Source: Candidatus Harrisonbacteria bacterium
GTDB lineage: Bacteria > Patescibacteriota > Minisyncoccia > UBA6257 > UBA11618
Direction: 5' to 3'
DNA length: 54,748 nucleotides
NCBI GenBank assembly: GCA_023244835.1
Contig: JAHFLN010000002.1
Coordinates: 1 to 54,748 of the forward strand
Position 1 is the first letter of the stretch. Each line of letters starts with the position of its first letter. Positions 53,154 to 54,748 of this stretch are shown here, piece by piece. Under the pieces are notes generated by a model. That model did not search any database, was not told where the DNA came from, and saw only the letters and a program-made list of their open reading frames with translations. Made by a program: the position numbers and the translations under genes.

Positions 53154-53264
53154 TCATTTTTCAAGGCTTCGGGGCGTGTCCCCAGAGCTCATCGTATTAT
53201 ACTGTAAAATAATGAATATGTCAATATATCTTGTTCATATCGCGGTTTTGTGGGATACTTGCCC

Positions 53265-53336
53265 TGCGGTGTGGAGCATTGGCAGCTCGCCGGGCTCATA
53301 ATCCGGAGGTAGGAGGTTCGATTCCTTCCGCCGCAA
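53265..53336 (+). tRNA. Initiator-type tRNA-Met (anticodon CAT)
   Basis: Hand-folded cloverleaf: acceptor tgcggtg/cgccgca, D arm gagc-attggca-gctc with A11:U24, anticodon arm ccggg-ctcataa-tccgg, and T arm ggagg-ttcgatt-ccttc. It aligns closely with E. coli tRNA-fMet (GGGCUCAUAACCC there, GGGCUCAUAAUCC here). No CCA is encoded. Confidence 0.85.
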
Positions 53337-53349
53337 CAAATTCAGTACG

Positions 53350-53391
53350 AAAAACTCCGTAACCATGGTCTTGTGACGCATGGTTACGGAG
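53350..53391 (-). terminator. Strong rho-independent terminator for a minus-strand transcript, converging on the initiator tRNA
   Basis: Perfect 13-bp stem ctccgtaaccatg (53355-53367) / catggttacggag (53379-53391). Five A at 53350-53354 give a T5 run on the minus strand. Confidence 0.7.
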
Positions 53392-53872
53392 CGCATGAGA
53401 CCGTTCTCGGTCAGCGAGTTCTACCGCGAGAGTAGCGGCTTTTTGAAAGCAACTCCCCCAGGATCCGGCTTTGCCGAGCAGGGCCAACTATAGCCAGGCA
53501 AAGTCAATTCCTCCTTATGCGTGCCTGAACCGGCATTCATAAGGCCGTCCAGACGACTGGTCCGTAAGAGCTAGGCCTCGACTTGATTCCTGTTATCCGT
53601 TTTTTACAGCCGCGCATTTCGTGTTGGCAGAGAGAGGGCTCAAAACGCTTGGCCGTTCAGTCGCTCAAGGAAATATTTGCAATAGCTCTCTCGCATTGCT
53701 TTTTTCCCTTTTTCAACGGATTCGCGACTATCGCAGAATACCTTATTATACCTCTCTTGCATAATATGCAATTCAAATTATTCCCCTCACGCATTCAATA
53801 AATGCCGCCCCATGCTTTTGAAGCACCTCTTCACATATCTTGGCCATTTCGCTATGCTGATGCCATATATCC

Positions 53873-53944
53873 GCCAAGGTAGCTCAATGGCAGAGCGGTG
53901 CTTTCATAAGGCATAGGTTGTGGGTTCGATCCCCACCCTTGGCA
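53873..53944 (+). tRNA. Elongator-type tRNA with CAT anticodon (Met, or Ile2 if lysidine-modified)
   Basis: Hand-folded: acceptor gccaagg/ccttggc, D arm gctc-aatggca-gagc (C11:G24), anticodon arm gtgct-ttcataa-ggcat, and T arm gtggg-ttcgatc-cccac. No CCA is encoded. Confidence 0.85.
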
Positions 53945-53988
53945 CATATAGGAGGGGCGACCGCTTCTCCTAGCGCCATATTTCTCCC

Positions 53989-54748
53989 ATGAAAATAGCG
54001 ATTATCGGTTTCGGCGACGAAGGCAGATCCCTTTTAGCGTTTTTAAAGAAGTCTCCTTCTTATAAAAAGGCGGAGATATGGGTACTTGATCGTAACGAGT
54101 CGTTGCGAAAGGAACTTGCAATCCAGAAGCTTCCTCATGTTTTAGGCGAGGAATATCTGAAGAATCTCCGCGATTTCGATATCGTTTTCCGCTCTCCAGG
54201 CATTCCCTATCTCACTCCTGAAATTCAGAAAGCCGTGAAGGCCGGCGTTATGGTATCGAGCCAAACAAAACTCTTTTTCGAGGAGATCGAGGCGCATCGA
54301 AAGAGGGGAAAAAGTGCGAAGCCGGTCGTGATCGGCGTTACGGGCTCGAAGGGCAAGGGAACGACCTCGACGCTTATCTTCCAGATGCTCAAGAACGCCA
54401 GGTATAAAGCCGTTCTTTTAGGCAATATCGGCATGCCGATGATCGACGGCCTTGTCGCGGCGAAACGAGCCGATTATGTCGTGCTCGAGTTGTCGAGTTT
54501 CCAGCTGCAGGATATGGATATGTCCCCTGATATCGCGGTTGTTTTGGATATCTTTCCTGATCACCTTGACGCCCATAAGACTTTGAATGAGTACTATTCC
54601 GCCAAAGCCGCGATCGGTCGCTTCCAGAAAAGATCCGGCCGCATTTTCTTTTACGCGACGAATGCCTGGTCTGCCCGGATCGCCTTGAAGAGTCCGGCAA
54701 AGAAGCATGCCATTACGCCGAAGCAGGACAATCTGCGCAAGAATTTCG
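53989..54748 (+). CDS. murD: UDP-N-acetylmuramoylalanine--D-glutamate ligase, 5' part (runs off the window)
   Basis: MKIAIIGFGDEGRS Rossmann-like N-domain and Mur ligase P-loop GVTGSKGKGTTSTL, then LELSSFQL. The frame is open to the end of the window, so it is absent from the ORF track. Confidence 0.85.
   Translation, partial: MKIAIIGFGDEGRSLLAFLKKSPSYKKAEIWVLDRNESLRKELAIQKLPHVLGEEYLKNLRDFDIVFRSPGIPYLTPEIQKAVKAGVMVSSQTKLFFEEIEAHRKRGKSAKPVVIGVTGSKGKGTTSTLIFQMLKNARYKAVLLGNIGMPMIDGLVAAKRADYVVLELSSFQLQDMDMSPDIAVVLDIFPDHLDAHKTLNEYYSAKAAIGRFQKRSGRIFFYATNAWSARIALKSPAKKHAITPKQDNLRKNF

Noticed and set aside
53296-53487. 63-aa minus-strand ORF (TTG start)
   Set aside because: It runs through the terminator hairpin and into the initiator tRNA gene on the opposite strand, and it has no coding signature.
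53455-53490. SRP-RNA-like motif on the plus strand (ccaggatccggctttgccgagcagggcc, reminiscent of CAGG..GGAA..AGCAG of 4.5S RNA helix 8)
   Set aside because: The apical stem closes on a UUU/CUUUG loop rather than a GNRA/GGAA tetraloop, and the internal loop is asymmetric (7 vs 4 nt). The flanking arms are not complementary, so no 4.5S-type long hairpin forms. The only terminator here is on the opposite strand.
53583-53801. 72-aa plus-strand ORF in the inter-tRNA spacer
   Set aside because: It is an AT-rich stretch with an implausible hydrophobic/aromatic composition. It has no Shine-Dalgarno sequence and overlaps better-formed micro-ORFs on the other strand. I kept it only as part of the spacer finding.

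Overview
This is a 54.7-kb bacterial window. Hand counts of a few 60-nt lines give about 58% G+C in most genes. Genes are tightly packed, often with ATGA or 1-nt stop/start overlaps, and several housekeeping enzymes are domain-minimised: ThrRS lacks the TGS and editing domains, PheT lacks the OB-fold tRNA-binding domain, and DnaE is short. rplK is not followed by rplA. I infer a reduced Patescibacteria/CPR-like (Parcubacteria-type) genome, which I cannot prove without a search.

Layout:
- 1-12.9 kb is housekeeping: KH protein, rpsP, rnc, a zinc-ribbon mini-ORF, nusB, rpmF and rnhB on the minus strand, and dnaE on the plus strand. It then holds a 206-bp MITE-like palindromic element, an AT-rich single-gene island, a GNAT gene, thrS, gatB and a peptidoglycan-binding repeat protein.
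- 13.0-45.6 kb is a surface-glycan assembly locus of about 32 kb and about 30 genes. It has 1 GT2 of the polyprenyl-phosphate glycosyltransferase type plus DUF2304, about 7 GT4-type enzymes and 4 GT-C-like polytopic membrane proteins. Its other genes are listed in the findings. The three most notable parts are a UbiA-family decaprenyl-phosphate phosphoribosyltransferase homologue coupled to a methyltransferase, an SDR and a HAD phosphatase; a sulfotransferase; and KdsB coupled to a 2OG-Fe(II) oxygenase fusion.
- 45.6-54.7 kb holds rplK-nusG-secE, gyrB, pheT, pheS, a Pro/Lys-rich membrane protein, two CAT-anticodon tRNAs flanking an AT-rich structured spacer, and the 5' part of murD.

I saw no rRNA, CRISPR array, transposase or integrase. 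The best candidate for an undescribed system is the glycan locus. Within it, the strongest leads are the non-canonical polyprenyl-phospho-pentose donor module and the Kdo plus dioxygenase module. All functional calls come from motif recognition by eye, not from database searches.
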